Below are positions 40,853-50,429 of a DNA stretch of 64,000 bases, one piece after another. Positions within the stretch are counted from its first letter, which is position 1. Each line of letters begins with the position of its first letter. The DNA is from Opitutales bacterium (lineage in GTDB: Bacteria > Verrucomicrobiota > Verrucomicrobiia > Opitutales > UBA2987), in NCBI GenBank assembly GCA_965226885.1, contig CBDDEL010000012.1, positions 377,819-441,818 of the forward strand. The letters run 5' to 3'. A program made the position numbers and the translations under genes. The notes beneath the pieces were generated by a model. That model did not search any database. It was not told the origin of the DNA and saw only the letters and a program-made list of their open reading frames with translations.

Positions 40853-41590
40853 TCAGTCGTGGACCCAGCCACGGTCTGCGGTGATACATTGTCCGGTGAT
40901 GTCGATGCTGTCGTCGGAGGCGAGAAAAGCGAAAACGGGTTCAACGGTTTCCGGAGTAAGGCGTCCGGGTAGGCACTGTTTGGCATTAAGGTCCTTTGTG
41001 ATCGCTTCCTGGTCGGGATATAGACGGAGTTCCCCTTCCGTTCGCACGGCTCCCAGGTGCACGCAGTTGACCCGGATGCCGTAGCCGCCAAGGTCTCGCG
41101 CCAAGCCCCGGGTCATTCCAACAAGACCGCCTTTACTGGCGGTGTAATGAACCAGATGCGCCATACCGAGTCGCAGGGTAATACTGCCAACATTGATGAT
41201 GACACCGCTTTTCTGTTTGAGCATATGCGGGATGACCACTTCCGCGCACCGGAATGCGCCATCAAGATTAGTATCCATAATGCGATGATACTCATCGAAA
41301 TCCATTTCCTCGACAGGCATTCTTGGGTATATTCCGGCATTATTTATAAGGACATCGACGCGACCGAACTCCTCCACCACCGATTTTATGGCGCTTTGCA
41401 CCTGGTCGCGCTTGGTGACATTGAGTTGGATCTTAAAGGCCGGCTCTACCGCCCCGGCGGATTTGGTGAAATTACGAATTCCGGCCGCTACCCTGGCACC
41501 GCGCTGCAAAAACCCGTGCACCAGCCCGAGCCCTACTCCTTCTCCACACCCCGTTATGAGGCACACCTTGTCTGTGAGCTCAATCGCCAT
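40853..41590 (-). CDS. Short-chain dehydrogenase/reductase
   Basis: TGCGEGVG, INNAG, YTASKGG and IRVNCV motifs. Confidence 0.92.
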   Translation of the reverse strand: MAIELTDKVCLITGCGEGVGLGLVHGFLQRGARVAAGIRNFTKSAGAVEPAFKIQLNVTKRDQVQSAIKSVVEEFGRVDVLINNAGIYPRMPVEEMDFDEYHRIMDTNLDGAFRCAEVVIPHMLKQKSGVIINVGSITLRLGMAHLVHYTASKGGLVGMTRGLARDLGGYGIRVNCVHLGAVRTEGELRLYPDQEAITKDLNAKQCLPGRLTPETVEPVFAFLASDDSIDITGQCITADRGWVHD

Positions 41591-41750
41591 GGGTGCGAAC
41601 GTGTGGCAAGAGCGGTTTCTATTCAACTAAAAACTAATTCCAGTGATGGAACGAAATTAGGTTATAGCGACAGGATGGGGAGAGGATGCAACACAGTTGC
41701 GGCGCATAATTATGATGGACTGAAAGACTACTTGTGGGCAGCGTGCTATT

Positions 41751-42404
41751 ATGGTTACATCTGCATTGCGAAGCGAAAAGGAATGGTATGCGCGGGTGCC
41801 TGAACGTTTTCGAGAAAGACCCGGTTTCGAAGCGGTAATGGATGATCCGGAACTGCCGCGAGTGCTGATTCTGGGTGATTCCATCTCGATCGGTTACACC
41901 CGGGCGGTACGTCAGGATCTGGAGGGAAGGGCAAATGTTCATCGTGTGCCTGACAACGCTCGAACGACACGTGAGACTTTGGGTAAACTTGATAAGATGA
42001 TCGGGCCGGGACCCTGGCGGGTGATCCATTTCAATTGTGGAATACATGATATCACGCGGATGAAGAATGGAGTGGCAGATGGGGGAGGGGCGAAGCAGGT
42101 TCCAATCGCAGAATACGAGCGAAATCTGCGGAAATTGACTCTCTATTTGGGGGAGACCGGCGCGCAACTGGTCTGGGCCCGGACGACGGCTATCGAACCG
42201 TATAATGTTCGGCGCATGGAGGATGTCCGCGCCTACAACGATGTGGCGGACAAAGTGATGGCGGAAGCAGGAATCCTGGTGAACGACCTCTTTACGCTGT
42301 CTCAACGGCACCTGGAGACTTTGCAGGACAATGTCCATTTCAACGAAGAGGGCTGCGCGATTCTGGGAGCGCAGGTGGCGCAAAGTATCGGCAGTCAATT
42401 GTGA
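41751..42404 (+). CDS. SGNH/GDSL hydrolase (5' end possibly decayed)
   Basis: LGDSIS, FNCGIHD and DNVHF motifs. Confidence 0.85.
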   Translation: MVTSALRSEKEWYARVPERFRERPGFEAVMDDPELPRVLILGDSISIGYTRAVRQDLEGRANVHRVPDNARTTRETLGKLDKMIGPGPWRVIHFNCGIHDITRMKNGVADGGGAKQVPIAEYERNLRKLTLYLGETGAQLVWARTTAIEPYNVRRMEDVRAYNDVADKVMAEAGILVNDLFTLSQRHLETLQDNVHFNEEGCAILGAQVAQSIGSQL

Positions 42405-42448
42405 ATCTGGTGATGCTTACCCCTCGCCACGCCAACGACAAGAACGGA

Positions 42449-42525
42449 TGGTCGGGCTGACAGGATTCGAACCTGCGACTCCTTGCACCCCATGCAAGTG
42501 CGCTACCAGACTGCGCCACAGCCCG
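42449..42525 (-). tRNA. tRNA-Pro (GGG)
   Basis: CGGGCTG acceptor stem, TGGTA D-loop, CTTGC-ATGGGGT-GCAAG anticodon arm, GGTTCGAATCC and encoded CCA. Confidence 0.97.
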
Positions 42526-42625
42526 TTGTTTTGCGACCGTTCAGCCGCTCGGGGAAAAGGATAGAGAATTGGGTTATGCCGCCGGGGGTCAAGCGAAACT
42601 TGGCATCGTTTTTTGAAAATAGAGC

Positions 42626-43600
42626 CTAGGGAACCGGCCAAAGGAAGGTTTCGTGTTTTTGGAGGTGAAGCAATTGCTCAATGCTTTGGGCGGATTTTCG
42701 CTCCAGCCCTTCGATGGTGTTGAAGGAGTTGTGGGGGGTGCAGATGACATCGGGCCGCCGGGACAGGGCGAGGGTCGCCTGGGCTTCTTTGCCCTGGGCT
42801 TCGGTTCCCTCTCTCAAGGCCACCGCGAGCGTCTTTTCCTCATTGTATACATCTATCCCGACGCCTCTTAAGCGACCTTCTTCCAGTAATTCGAGCAGTC
42901 CTCCGGAGGGCGATAATTCCCCACGGGCAGTGTTTATGAATATGGCCTCGGGGGGCGCAAGGGCTAAACGGCGACGGGAAAAATAGCTTCGGTTTTCGAT
43001 CGTTAAATTCATGCAGCAGACAATGATGTCGGCCTGCGGCAGGGCTTCCTCGATGGGTAAATAGGTTACTGTGGGGTGTTTTTTTACGATATCGACTCCG
43101 ATTACCTTCATGCCCAGACCTTGGCCGATTGCTACCACTTCCTTGCCGATATTGCCAACCCCCACCACCACCAGGGTTTTGCCAAGGGCTTCAATTCCAG
43201 TCAGCCCGTTTCGGTCAAAGTCGTTGAATTGTTTCAGTTGCCGGGGGAGTTTTCGGAGCAAAGCCATCCACAGGAGCATGGATTGCTCCGCCACGGCGCG
43301 GTTGCAATAGAGTGGTAGGTAAGCGGATGGCACTTTTCTGTCGCAAGCTCTCCAATAGTCTTTTATGTGATCGAAGCCGGTACTGCGGGTAAGAATACCT
43401 GCCAGGTGTTGGCTCCAGGCGACCGGTATCTCCGATTGGTTGCGAATACTGATGACGGAGGCGGGTGGAGTTTCATTCAGGAGACTGCATTCCTGGATGG
43501 TTTTCTGCGTAAACTCGGCTTTAATTCCGGAGTGGGTCTGGAGGTAGTAGCCGAGCCTCTCCGTCTCTTCGGCAAATGCCTCGTAAAAATTTACTTTCAT
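42626..43600 (-). CDS. D-isomer-specific 2-hydroxyacid dehydrogenase
   Basis: RSTGFDH, AVAE, GVGNIG, FINTARG, IDVYNEE and TPHNSF motifs. Confidence 0.9.
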   Translation of the reverse strand: MKVNFYEAFAEETERLGYYLQTHSGIKAEFTQKTIQECSLLNETPPASVISIRNQSEIPVAWSQHLAGILTRSTGFDHIKDYWRACDRKVPSAYLPLYCNRAVAEQSMLLWMALLRKLPRQLKQFNDFDRNGLTGIEALGKTLVVVGVGNIGKEVVAIGQGLGMKVIGVDIVKKHPTVTYLPIEEALPQADIIVCCMNLTIENRSYFSRRRLALAPPEAIFINTARGELSPSGGLLELLEEGRLRGVGIDVYNEEKTLAVALREGTEAQGKEAQATLALSRRPDVICTPHNSFNTIEGLERKSAQSIEQLLHLQKHETFLWPVP

Positions 43601-43632
43601 GGTTAAATTTGTCCTCACAAAGGTTGCACGAA

Positions 43633-44679
43633 TCAGGAATTTACGAAGACTTCGTTCAATTGCTGTGTGACCCGTATGAAGGTGGTTCTTTTGGGCAGCT
43701 CCTTTAGGCTGCGGGCGCCGACATAGGTGCAACTGGAGCGCAGACCACCGAGGATTTCCCGAAAGGTGACGCAAACGTCGCCGCGATAGGGAACGCTCAC
43801 GGTGCGGCCTTCGCTGGCCCGGTATTCCGCCACTTCGCCGACATATTTTTTCATCGCCGTGTCGCTCGACATGCCATAAAATACCATCTGTTTTTGACCG
43901 TCGCTTTCGACGATTTCCCCCTCGCACTGCTCGTGCCCGGCGAGCATTCCACCGAGCATGACGAAATCAGCCCCCGCGCCAAAGGCCTTGGAAATGTCTC
44001 CGGGGATGGCGCACCCGCCGTCGCCGATGAGGTGGCCGCCGAGGCCGTGGGCGGCATCCGCGCATTCGATGATGGCTGACAGTTGCGGGTAGCCGACCCC
44101 GGTCATCTGGCGGGTCGTGCAGACCGATCCGGGGCCAATGCCGGCTTTGACGATGTCCGCCCCGCTGAGGATGAGTTCTTCGACCATTTCCCCGGTTACC
44201 ACGTTGCCGGCAATAATGGTCATTTTAGGGAAAGAGTCGCGGACTTTGCAGACAAAATCGACAAAGGCCTCCGTGTAGCCGTTGGCCGCATCGATGCAAA
44301 TGCCGATGATATTTTGCAGTTCTTCACGCCGCAGAGACTCTTTCAATTTGGCGTAATCCTCATCGGCGATACCCGTGGTGATGAAGGTGTAGGGAAGGGT
44401 TTTGGGGTTTTCTGAAAAAAACTCCGCCAAATCTTCCACCCTGTAATGTTTGTGCAGGGCAACCAGCGCCTCGAAGGAACTTAGGGATTTGGCCATGGCT
44501 TGGGTTCCCACCGTATCCATGTTGGAAGCGATGATGGGGATGCCATCGAAGGTGCGTCCGCTGTGCTTGAAGGTGTAGGCGCGTTTTAAATTGACGTCTT
44601 TGCGACTGGTCAGGGTTGAGCGTTTGGGGCGGATGAGGACGTCTTTGAAGTCCAATTTAATTTCCGATTCTATTCTCAT
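43633..44679 (-). CDS. guaC: GMP reductase
   Basis: [36 protein letters not shown] and YRASEG motifs; no CBS insert. Confidence 0.95.
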   Translation of the reverse strand: MRIESEIKLDFKDVLIRPKRSTLTSRKDVNLKRAYTFKHSGRTFDGIPIIASNMDTVGTQAMAKSLSSFEALVALHKHYRVEDLAEFFSENPKTLPYTFITTGIADEDYAKLKESLRREELQNIIGICIDAANGYTEAFVDFVCKVRDSFPKMTIIAGNVVTGEMVEELILSGADIVKAGIGPGSVCTTRQMTGVGYPQLSAIIECADAAHGLGGHLIGDGGCAIPGDISKAFGAGADFVMLGGMLAGHEQCEGEIVESDGQKQMVFYGMSSDTAMKKYVGEVAEYRASEGRTVSVPYRGDVCVTFREILGGLRSSCTYVGARSLKELPKRTTFIRVTQQLNEVFVNS

Positions 44680-44715
44680 GGCATGGGGAAGGATAGTAGA
44701 TGGGGAGAAATTTTC

Positions 44716-44765
44716 AAAAACAAAAAACAAAAAAAAGCCGGGGCCCGATTTTTATCAGGGCCCCG
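44716..44765 (-). terminator. Rho-independent terminator after nrdA
   Basis: CGGGGCCC/GGGCCCCG stem (44739-44765) followed on the minus strand by a long U-rich tract. Confidence 0.7.
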
Positions 44766-44860
44766 ACAAGTTCCAGCCATTCACTGGTTTAGTTTGTAGG
44801 GAGCATACAACCCAGGAAAACTGCTTCCACGGAATGCATCCGGTAAATTATGGATTTCGG

Positions 44861-47800
44861 TTATTGGCAGGCTTCGCATTCTTCTCCATTCATGAGGGCT
44901 TCCAGGCTGCAGGCCCGGGGGTTCGAATCCCCTCCCCCATCCGTTGAGGCAGGGGCTTCCGTTTCTCCGTTTCCCGTTAAAGCCATGCTGCCGCGTATTT
45001 CTTTTTTTACGCTTATGGTGGCTTTTTCGATGTTGGATGCGCCCAGAGTGCGTAGGTAATAGGTGGTTTTGAGGCCTTTGTGCCAGGCCGCGCGATACAT
45101 GTGGGAAAGGCTTTTGAGGTCCGGTTTTCCCAGAAAGAGATTTACCGATTGGGACTGGTCGATCCATTTCTGCCTGCGCCCGGCGGCCTCGATGAGGTAT
45201 TTGTAGGGAATATCGAAGGAGGTCAGGTATTTTTGTTTCATCTTTTCCGGTATCGCGTCGATGCTGGTCAATTCGCCGTCGAAATACTTGAGCATGTCGA
45301 GCATTTCCTGGTTCCACAGGTTGAGCGCTTTGAGTTCGCGTACCAGAGGGGCGTTGAGGACGATGAATTCACCCGACAGATTGCTTTTGACAAAGAGGTT
45401 TTTGTAGGACGGCTCGATGCCGGGGGTGCTGCCCATGATGTTCGAGATGGTGGCGGTGGGCGCGATGGCCAGGACGTTGCTGTTGCGCATGCCTTGGCGG
45501 GCGATCTTTTTGCGCAGGGGAGCCCAATCCAGCTTGCCGCCACGGGGAAGGTCGATTTTTAATCCACGGTTTTCTTCCAGCAGGTCGAGGCTGTCTTGCG
45601 GGAGAATACCGCGGCTCCATTTGGAGCCTTTGTAGGTTTCGTAAGCACCGCGCTCTTTGGCCAGGTCACTGGAGGCTTCGTAGGCATAGTAGGCGATTGC
45701 CTCCATGAACTCGTCATTGAATTCGATGGCTTCTTCGGAGGCGAAGGGGATGCCCATTTTGTAAAGCGCGTTTTGCAGGCCCATGATCCCGAGCCCGATG
45801 GGCCGATGGCGTTTATTGGATGTTTCGGCAGGTTTTGTGGGGCAAAAATTGATGTCGATTATATTGTCCAGGGCCCGCACCGCGATGCTCACAGTTTCAT
45901 GAAGTTTTTTCAGGTCCAGGCGGCCACTCTCGTCCAGATGATTATCCAGCACTATGGAGCCCAGGTTGCAGACGGCGGTTTCCTCCCGGTTGGTATTGAG
46001 GGTAATTTCCGTGCACAGATTGGAGCTGTGGATGACTCCGGTGTGGTCTTGCGGGTTACGGATATTGCAGGGGTCTTTGAAGGTGATCCAGGGATGGCCG
46101 GTTTCAAAAAGAAGGGTCAGCATGCGCTTCCATAAATCGATGGCCGGAAATTTTTGGCCGTAGATTTCGCCGACTTCCGCCTTGGCTTCGTATTCGATGT
46201 AGCGCTGCTCGAATGCCTTGCCGTAGAGATCGTGCAAATCGGGGACTTCGCTGGAGCGGAAGAGGGTCCAGTGTTCCCGGTTCTCCATGCGTTTCATGAA
46301 GAGGTCGGGAATCCAGTTGGCGGTGTTCATGTCGTGGGTGCGCCGCCGGTCGTCCCCGGTGTTTTTACGCAACTCGAGAAAGTCTAAAATGTCGTTGTGC
46401 CAGCTTTCCAGGTAGGCGCAGCCGGAGCCGCGTCTTTTGCCGCCCTGGTTTACGGCCACGAGTTGGTCGTTGTGCAGCTTGAGGAAGGGAATCACGCCTT
46501 GGCTTTCCCCGTTGGTGCCTTTAATATGGCTGCCCGTGCCGCGGACGGAGGTCCAGCTTCCCCCCAGGCCCCCGGCCCATTTCGAGAGGAAGGCGTTTTC
46601 GGCAATTCCGCGAATCATGATCGACTCGATATTGTCATCGACTTTGTAAAGGTAGCAGGAGGAGAGCTGCGAATGGCGTGTGCCGCTGTTGAAGAGGGTC
46701 GGAGTGGAGGAGCAGAAACGCCTGCTTTTGTAGAGGTTGTATAACTTGATGGCCCATTCCTCGCCGGCATCCTTTTCCTCCATAAAGAGGCCCATGGCGA
46801 CCCGCATCCAGAACATTTGCGGGGTTTCCAGGCGGCGGGGCTTTTTGCCCGTTTTATCGATGATGAGGTAGCGGTCGTAGAGGGTCTGGATACCCAGGTA
46901 GTCGAAATCGAGATCAGCCGACGGGTCGATCGCGTTGGCCAGTTTGTCCAGATCGCGATCGAGCATCCTTGGGGCGAGCCGTTCGATGCGGACGGCTTCC
47001 TCGATATAGCCTTGAAAACGCAGGCGGTGGCAATCCTTGAGCGCTTCCAGTCCGTCATTGAGGATGTCCCAGGCGAGCACCTCTTCGTAGATGAAGGTGA
47101 GCAGGATGCGTCCGGCGAATTTGGCGAAATCGGCGTCCCTTTCGATGAGGGTCTTGGCATTGAGGATGATTGTCTTTTTAAGGTCGTCCTCGTCCATTTC
47201 GGAGTAGATGGATCGGCGTAATTCCGCTTCGATCTCATCCGGGCTGAGGCATAGATCGAGCCCGATCATGCCGAATTCTATCCGTTTTTGCAGTTCGCGT
47301 CCGTTCCAGAAAAAAGTCTCCCCGTCGGCTCTTTTGACCACGATCATGGAGTCTTGCCGTTTTTCATCGGCCACCTCCTCTGCCTCGCTCAATTCCCGCA
47401 TACGAGCGCGGTCGGCGCGGTAGAGGATGTAGGCTTCGGCCACTTTGAAGTGGCCCTGGCGCATGAGTTCCTCCTGCACGATATCCTGCAAATCCTCTAT
47501 ATGGATGAAGGCCTGGTCCAGATTGCGCACCCGTTCGCTGGCCGCATGGGCCACCCCGATGGCTGGATCTGAGTCCATATCGTTGGAGAGAAATGCTTTG
47601 CGCACGGCGATCTCAATTTTATCCACCGCCCAGGGGACCACCTGGCCGTTGCGTCGAATCAGCCGGACCGAGTGTTGGGTGACCGGAAAAGGCGCGTTGG
47701 TGCTGGCGGCGTGGGATCGGCGAAAGACCAGGCTTTTGGCCACATCGTGTGCTTTTAGGGTAACCAACGCTTTTTCAATCAGCAGGTAGATTTCGCTCTC

Positions 47801-48136
47801 GGTCAGTTTGCCGGGGTGGTTTTCTTTCGATTCCTGGGTCAGCAGCCGACCCACCTCGCGGGCTACGGAGGCGACAAACTCCTGGTTTTGCTCTGTGAAG
47901 ATGTTCTCTTGCCGGCGGGAGAGCATCAAATCGGTCAGGGCATGGCCGATGGTGTCCGCTACTTCTGCCAGATCGAACTCCCTTTCCACGCCTCCTACTT
48001 CGACCATGATATCGGGCTGGACAAGACGCTCGTTCAAAAGCACGTCCCGCCAGCAAAAACGCGGTTTCTCGTTTTTGGGAGTGGTCGTCAGTCGTTTCAG
48101 TTCCAGGTCTTCTTGCAGGGAAATTTGGCGGATCAT
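44861..48136 (-). CDS. nrdA: Class I ribonucleotide reductase alpha subunit with multiple ATP-cone-like domains
   Basis: TPTLFN, SSCYL, SSNLCTEI, VCNLGS, APTAT, DQSQS, TYYLR and C-terminal CEACQ. Confidence 0.96.
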   Translation of the reverse strand: MIRQISLQEDLELKRLTTTPKNEKPRFCWRDVLLNERLVQPDIMVEVGGVEREFDLAEVADTIGHALTDLMLSRRQENIFTEQNQEFVASVAREVGRLLTQESKENHPGKLTESEIYLLIEKALVTLKAHDVAKSLVFRRSHAASTNAPFPVTQHSVRLIRRNGQVVPWAVDKIEIAVRKAFLSNDMDSDPAIGVAHAASERVRNLDQAFIHIEDLQDIVQEELMRQGHFKVAEAYILYRADRARMRELSEAEEVADEKRQDSMIVVKRADGETFFWNGRELQKRIEFGMIGLDLCLSPDEIEAELRRSIYSEMDEDDLKKTIILNAKTLIERDADFAKFAGRILLTFIYEEVLAWDILNDGLEALKDCHRLRFQGYIEEAVRIERLAPRMLDRDLDKLANAIDPSADLDFDYLGIQTLYDRYLIIDKTGKKPRRLETPQMFWMRVAMGLFMEEKDAGEEWAIKLYNLYKSRRFCSSTPTLFNSGTRHSQLSSCYLYKVDDNIESIMIRGIAENAFLSKWAGGLGGSWTSVRGTGSHIKGTNGESQGVIPFLKLHNDQLVAVNQGGKRRGSGCAYLESWHNDILDFLELRKNTGDDRRRTHDMNTANWIPDLFMKRMENREHWTLFRSSEVPDLHDLYGKAFEQRYIEYEAKAEVGEIYGQKFPAIDLWKRMLTLLFETGHPWITFKDPCNIRNPQDHTGVIHSSNLCTEITLNTNREETAVCNLGSIVLDNHLDESGRLDLKKLHETVSIAVRALDNIIDINFCPTKPAETSNKRHRPIGLGIMGLQNALYKMGIPFASEEAIEFNDEFMEAIAYYAYEASSDLAKERGAYETYKGSKWSRGILPQDSLDLLEENRGLKIDLPRGGKLDWAPLRKKIARQGMRNSNVLAIAPTATISNIMGSTPGIEPSYKNLFVKSNLSGEFIVLNAPLVRELKALNLWNQEMLDMLKYFDGELTSIDAIPEKMKQKYLTSFDIPYKYLIEAAGRRQKWIDQSQSVNLFLGKPDLKSLSHMYRAAWHKGLKTTYYLRTLGASNIEKATISVKKEIRGSMALTGNGETEAPASTDGGGDSNPRACSLEALMNGEECEACQ

Positions 48137-48184
48137 TGTTCTTTCAGGGGGTTTGGGGTGGTGGGTTGAGGCTTTAAATTTTGT

Positions 48185-49267
48185 TTACAGTTCATCGTCA
48201 TCGACAGAATCGAGGGCTGATGATTTCTGGTATTCGGTCACGCGGCCTTCGAAGAAGTTTTGCTCTTTCTTGATGTCCATCATCTCGGCCAGCCAGGGAA
48301 AGGGATTTCTGACGCCGGGGTTGAGCAGAGGCAGGCCTACGCCCTCGAGCCGGCGATCGGCAATATAGTCGATATATTGGGTGAATTCCTCCGCGCTCAG
48401 GCCCACCGCGTTGACCGGCAGGCAGTCGTTTATGAATTCTTTTTCCAGGTTGACGGCCTCCACCATCAGTTGGGTGAGTTCGTCACGAAAAGATTGGGTC
48501 CAGATGTCAGGATTTTCCTCCACTAAATCCATCAAGAGATTGCGCAGCAGTTCGATGTGGTTGGATTCGTCGCGCAAAGTGTAGCGAAACATCTGCCCGA
48601 TGCCGGGAAATTTGTTCTGCCGGTAAAGGGAGAGAACCATCCCGAAGAGGCCGTAAAACTGCGTCCCTTCCATGCACTGCCCGAATAGGAAGATATTTTT
48701 GGCTAAGTCCTGTTTGGCGGAAGTTTGGGTCAGGTCTACGTCTCGGCGCATGGCGCGCGAGTTGCTCGAAACGAAGTCGGTTTTTTTCTGGACGGTTGGG
48801 ATGCCCTCGAGAATGGATTCGCATTCGTGGGGGTTGATGCCGAGGGAACTGATCATGTAAACCAGGCTGTCAGCGTGGATGTTTTCCTCATGCGCATGGC
48901 GCCCTAAAACGAGTTTCAATTCCGGCGCCGTGACCAACTCGCGGACCACGTGGATGATGTTGTCGCCAACGATTCCCTCCGCTCCGGAGAAATAACCGAT
49001 GCCCATCTTGATGATCCAGCGCTCGATATCGGATATTTCATCGGAGCGCCAATGCTCGCAGTCCTTTTGCATGGGAACATCTTCCGGTTCCCAATGATTG
49101 GCCTTCATGTCCCGGTAAAGATCGTAGGCCCACTGGTATTTGAGGGGGAGAATGTTAAAAAACATGGTCTCCCGGCCGTTGATGACTTTTTTGGCTGCAA
49201 AGGCCGCTTCGGCCTTTGCCTTGTCGAGGTGAAAGGTCTTTTTTCCAATCGTAAAAGTTTCTTGCAT
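48185..49267 (-). CDS. nrdB: Ribonucleotide reductase beta subunit, class Ic-like
   Basis: Ligands E97, E128, H131, MEG..FY and DESNH; NFFEGRVTEYQ tail; Leu135 at the radical Tyr position. Confidence 0.95.
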   Translation of the reverse strand: MQETFTIGKKTFHLDKAKAEAAFAAKKVINGRETMFFNILPLKYQWAYDLYRDMKANHWEPEDVPMQKDCEHWRSDEISDIERWIIKMGIGYFSGAEGIVGDNIIHVVRELVTAPELKLVLGRHAHEENIHADSLVYMISSLGINPHECESILEGIPTVQKKTDFVSSNSRAMRRDVDLTQTSAKQDLAKNIFLFGQCMEGTQFYGLFGMVLSLYRQNKFPGIGQMFRYTLRDESNHIELLRNLLMDLVEENPDIWTQSFRDELTQLMVEAVNLEKEFINDCLPVNAVGLSAEEFTQYIDYIADRRLEGVGLPLLNPGVRNPFPWLAEMMDIKKEQNFFEGRVTEYQKSSALDSVDDDEL

Positions 49268-49416
49268 GGCGATGGGTAAAAGGTTGAAGGCTAGACAGGT
49301 TTCGGCGCGGGGTTATGACGATGAAAAATGGCTCCCCTTCTCCAAAGAACTTATCCCGAAGGAGTTCCATTCCATTCCGGCCTGGGAATAGTAAAAAGAA
49401 GCTTTTTTAAATTTCA

Positions 49417-49464
49417 TCACCATATATTGGGGTTTTAAGGTTATAAAAACACCATATATTGCGT
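49417..49464. promoter_or_regulatory. Tandem NrdR boxes
   Basis: TCACCATATATTGGGG (49417-49432) and ACACCATATATTGCGT (49449-49464), 32-bp period, upstream of nrdB; consensus acaCwAtATaTwGtgt. Confidence 0.88.
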
Positions 49465-49774
49465 CAATAGTTTTTATAAAGTTTTTTTATTTTTTTTAGG
49501 CAGTGTTTTTCAAGCCAAGTATGAAAACATCTTCCGGCCTGTCATAAAAATTCCTTTTCCGTCGGTCCGGGGCAATAAAAAGTTGTTCCATTTTATTGGC
49601 TCGCAATTAACAGCTTGTCCACATTGCAAACGCTTGAAATTCATGTTTGTTCACATTTTCAGAGCGATGCTTGAAATTGCCGGCTGCTCCGCAATGGACG
49701 GACATTTGCTTAGGCGGATGAAAAAAAGGGGTATAGAGTGCAACTTTTTTCCCAAAATCAGTGATTAATGATGC

Positions 49775-50428
49775 GTGAATGCCGAGGTCATACAACTACC
49801 GGCTTGGCAGGCGCATGATTCCGGTCTTAAGATCCGCAACATGCCCAAAAACGCGTCAACCGCAGAGGATTCATCTACGACCTGTCTCCGGGAATCCGAT
49901 GAATCCCTGATGCAGCGGGTCGGGGTGGGTGAAGACGCCGCCTTGGCCGTGTTGATTGATCGCTGGAAAAAACCGCTGGTCAATTTTTTTTATCGTTCTT
50001 TGCAATCCCTGGAGCAGTCCGAGGATCTGGCGCAGATGGTTTATATACGCCTCCACCGGGCGGCCCCCAAGTATCGGCCCACGGCCAAATTTTCCACCTT
50101 TATGTTCCACATCGCCCGGCGGCTCCTCATCAACGAATACCGGCGGCAGCAGCGCAAACCGCTCGAAATGGTCGATCCCAATACTTTGATGATGAAGGAA
50201 TCCAGCAGCGGAGATTTCCGCATCATGGAAATCGAGGAAGCCTTCAGCCAGGCCCTCGTGGGGCTGCCCGAAAACCAGCGCACGGCCATCCTTTTGCTCA
50301 AGCAGCAGGAACTTTCCTACAAGGAAATCGCCGAGACCATGGAATCGACCGAATCGGCCGTCAAAACCTGGATATTCCGTGCCCGCAAACATCTCAAAAC
50401 CGCCCTGGGCGAATTGTTGAAAATGTAA
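49775..50428 (+). CDS. ECF RNA polymerase sigma factor
   Basis: EDLAQ, FSTFMFHIARR and LSYKEIAETM..AVKTWIFRAR motifs; start uncertain (49775 or 49841). Confidence 0.92.
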   Translation: MNAEVIQLPAWQAHDSGLKIRNMPKNASTAEDSSTTCLRESDESLMQRVGVGEDAALAVLIDRWKKPLVNFFYRSLQSLEQSEDLAQMVYIRLHRAAPKYRPTAKFSTFMFHIARRLLINEYRRQQRKPLEMVDPNTLMMKESSSGDFRIMEIEEAFSQALVGLPENQRTAILLLKQQELSYKEIAETMESTESAVKTWIFRARKHLKTALGELLKM

Positions 50429-50429
50429 A

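Noticed and set aside
42626..43927. 433-aa version of the 2-hydroxyacid dehydrogenase ORF
   Set aside because: The first 109 codons overlap guaC out of frame; the real start is the ATG at 43600.
44892..44942. tRNA-like T-arm GGGGGTTCGAATCCCCT with a possible acceptor stem, antisense to the nrdA 3' end
   Set aside because: Only 18 nt separate the acceptor and T arms, leaving no room for D and anticodon arms; no CCA; it lies within coding sequence.
49738..49770. Autoregulatory promoter of the ECF sigma matching the sRNA promoters
   Set aside because: GCAAC is present but no TCT-type -10 element at matching spacing, so this sigma cannot be linked to the sRNAs from sequence alone.
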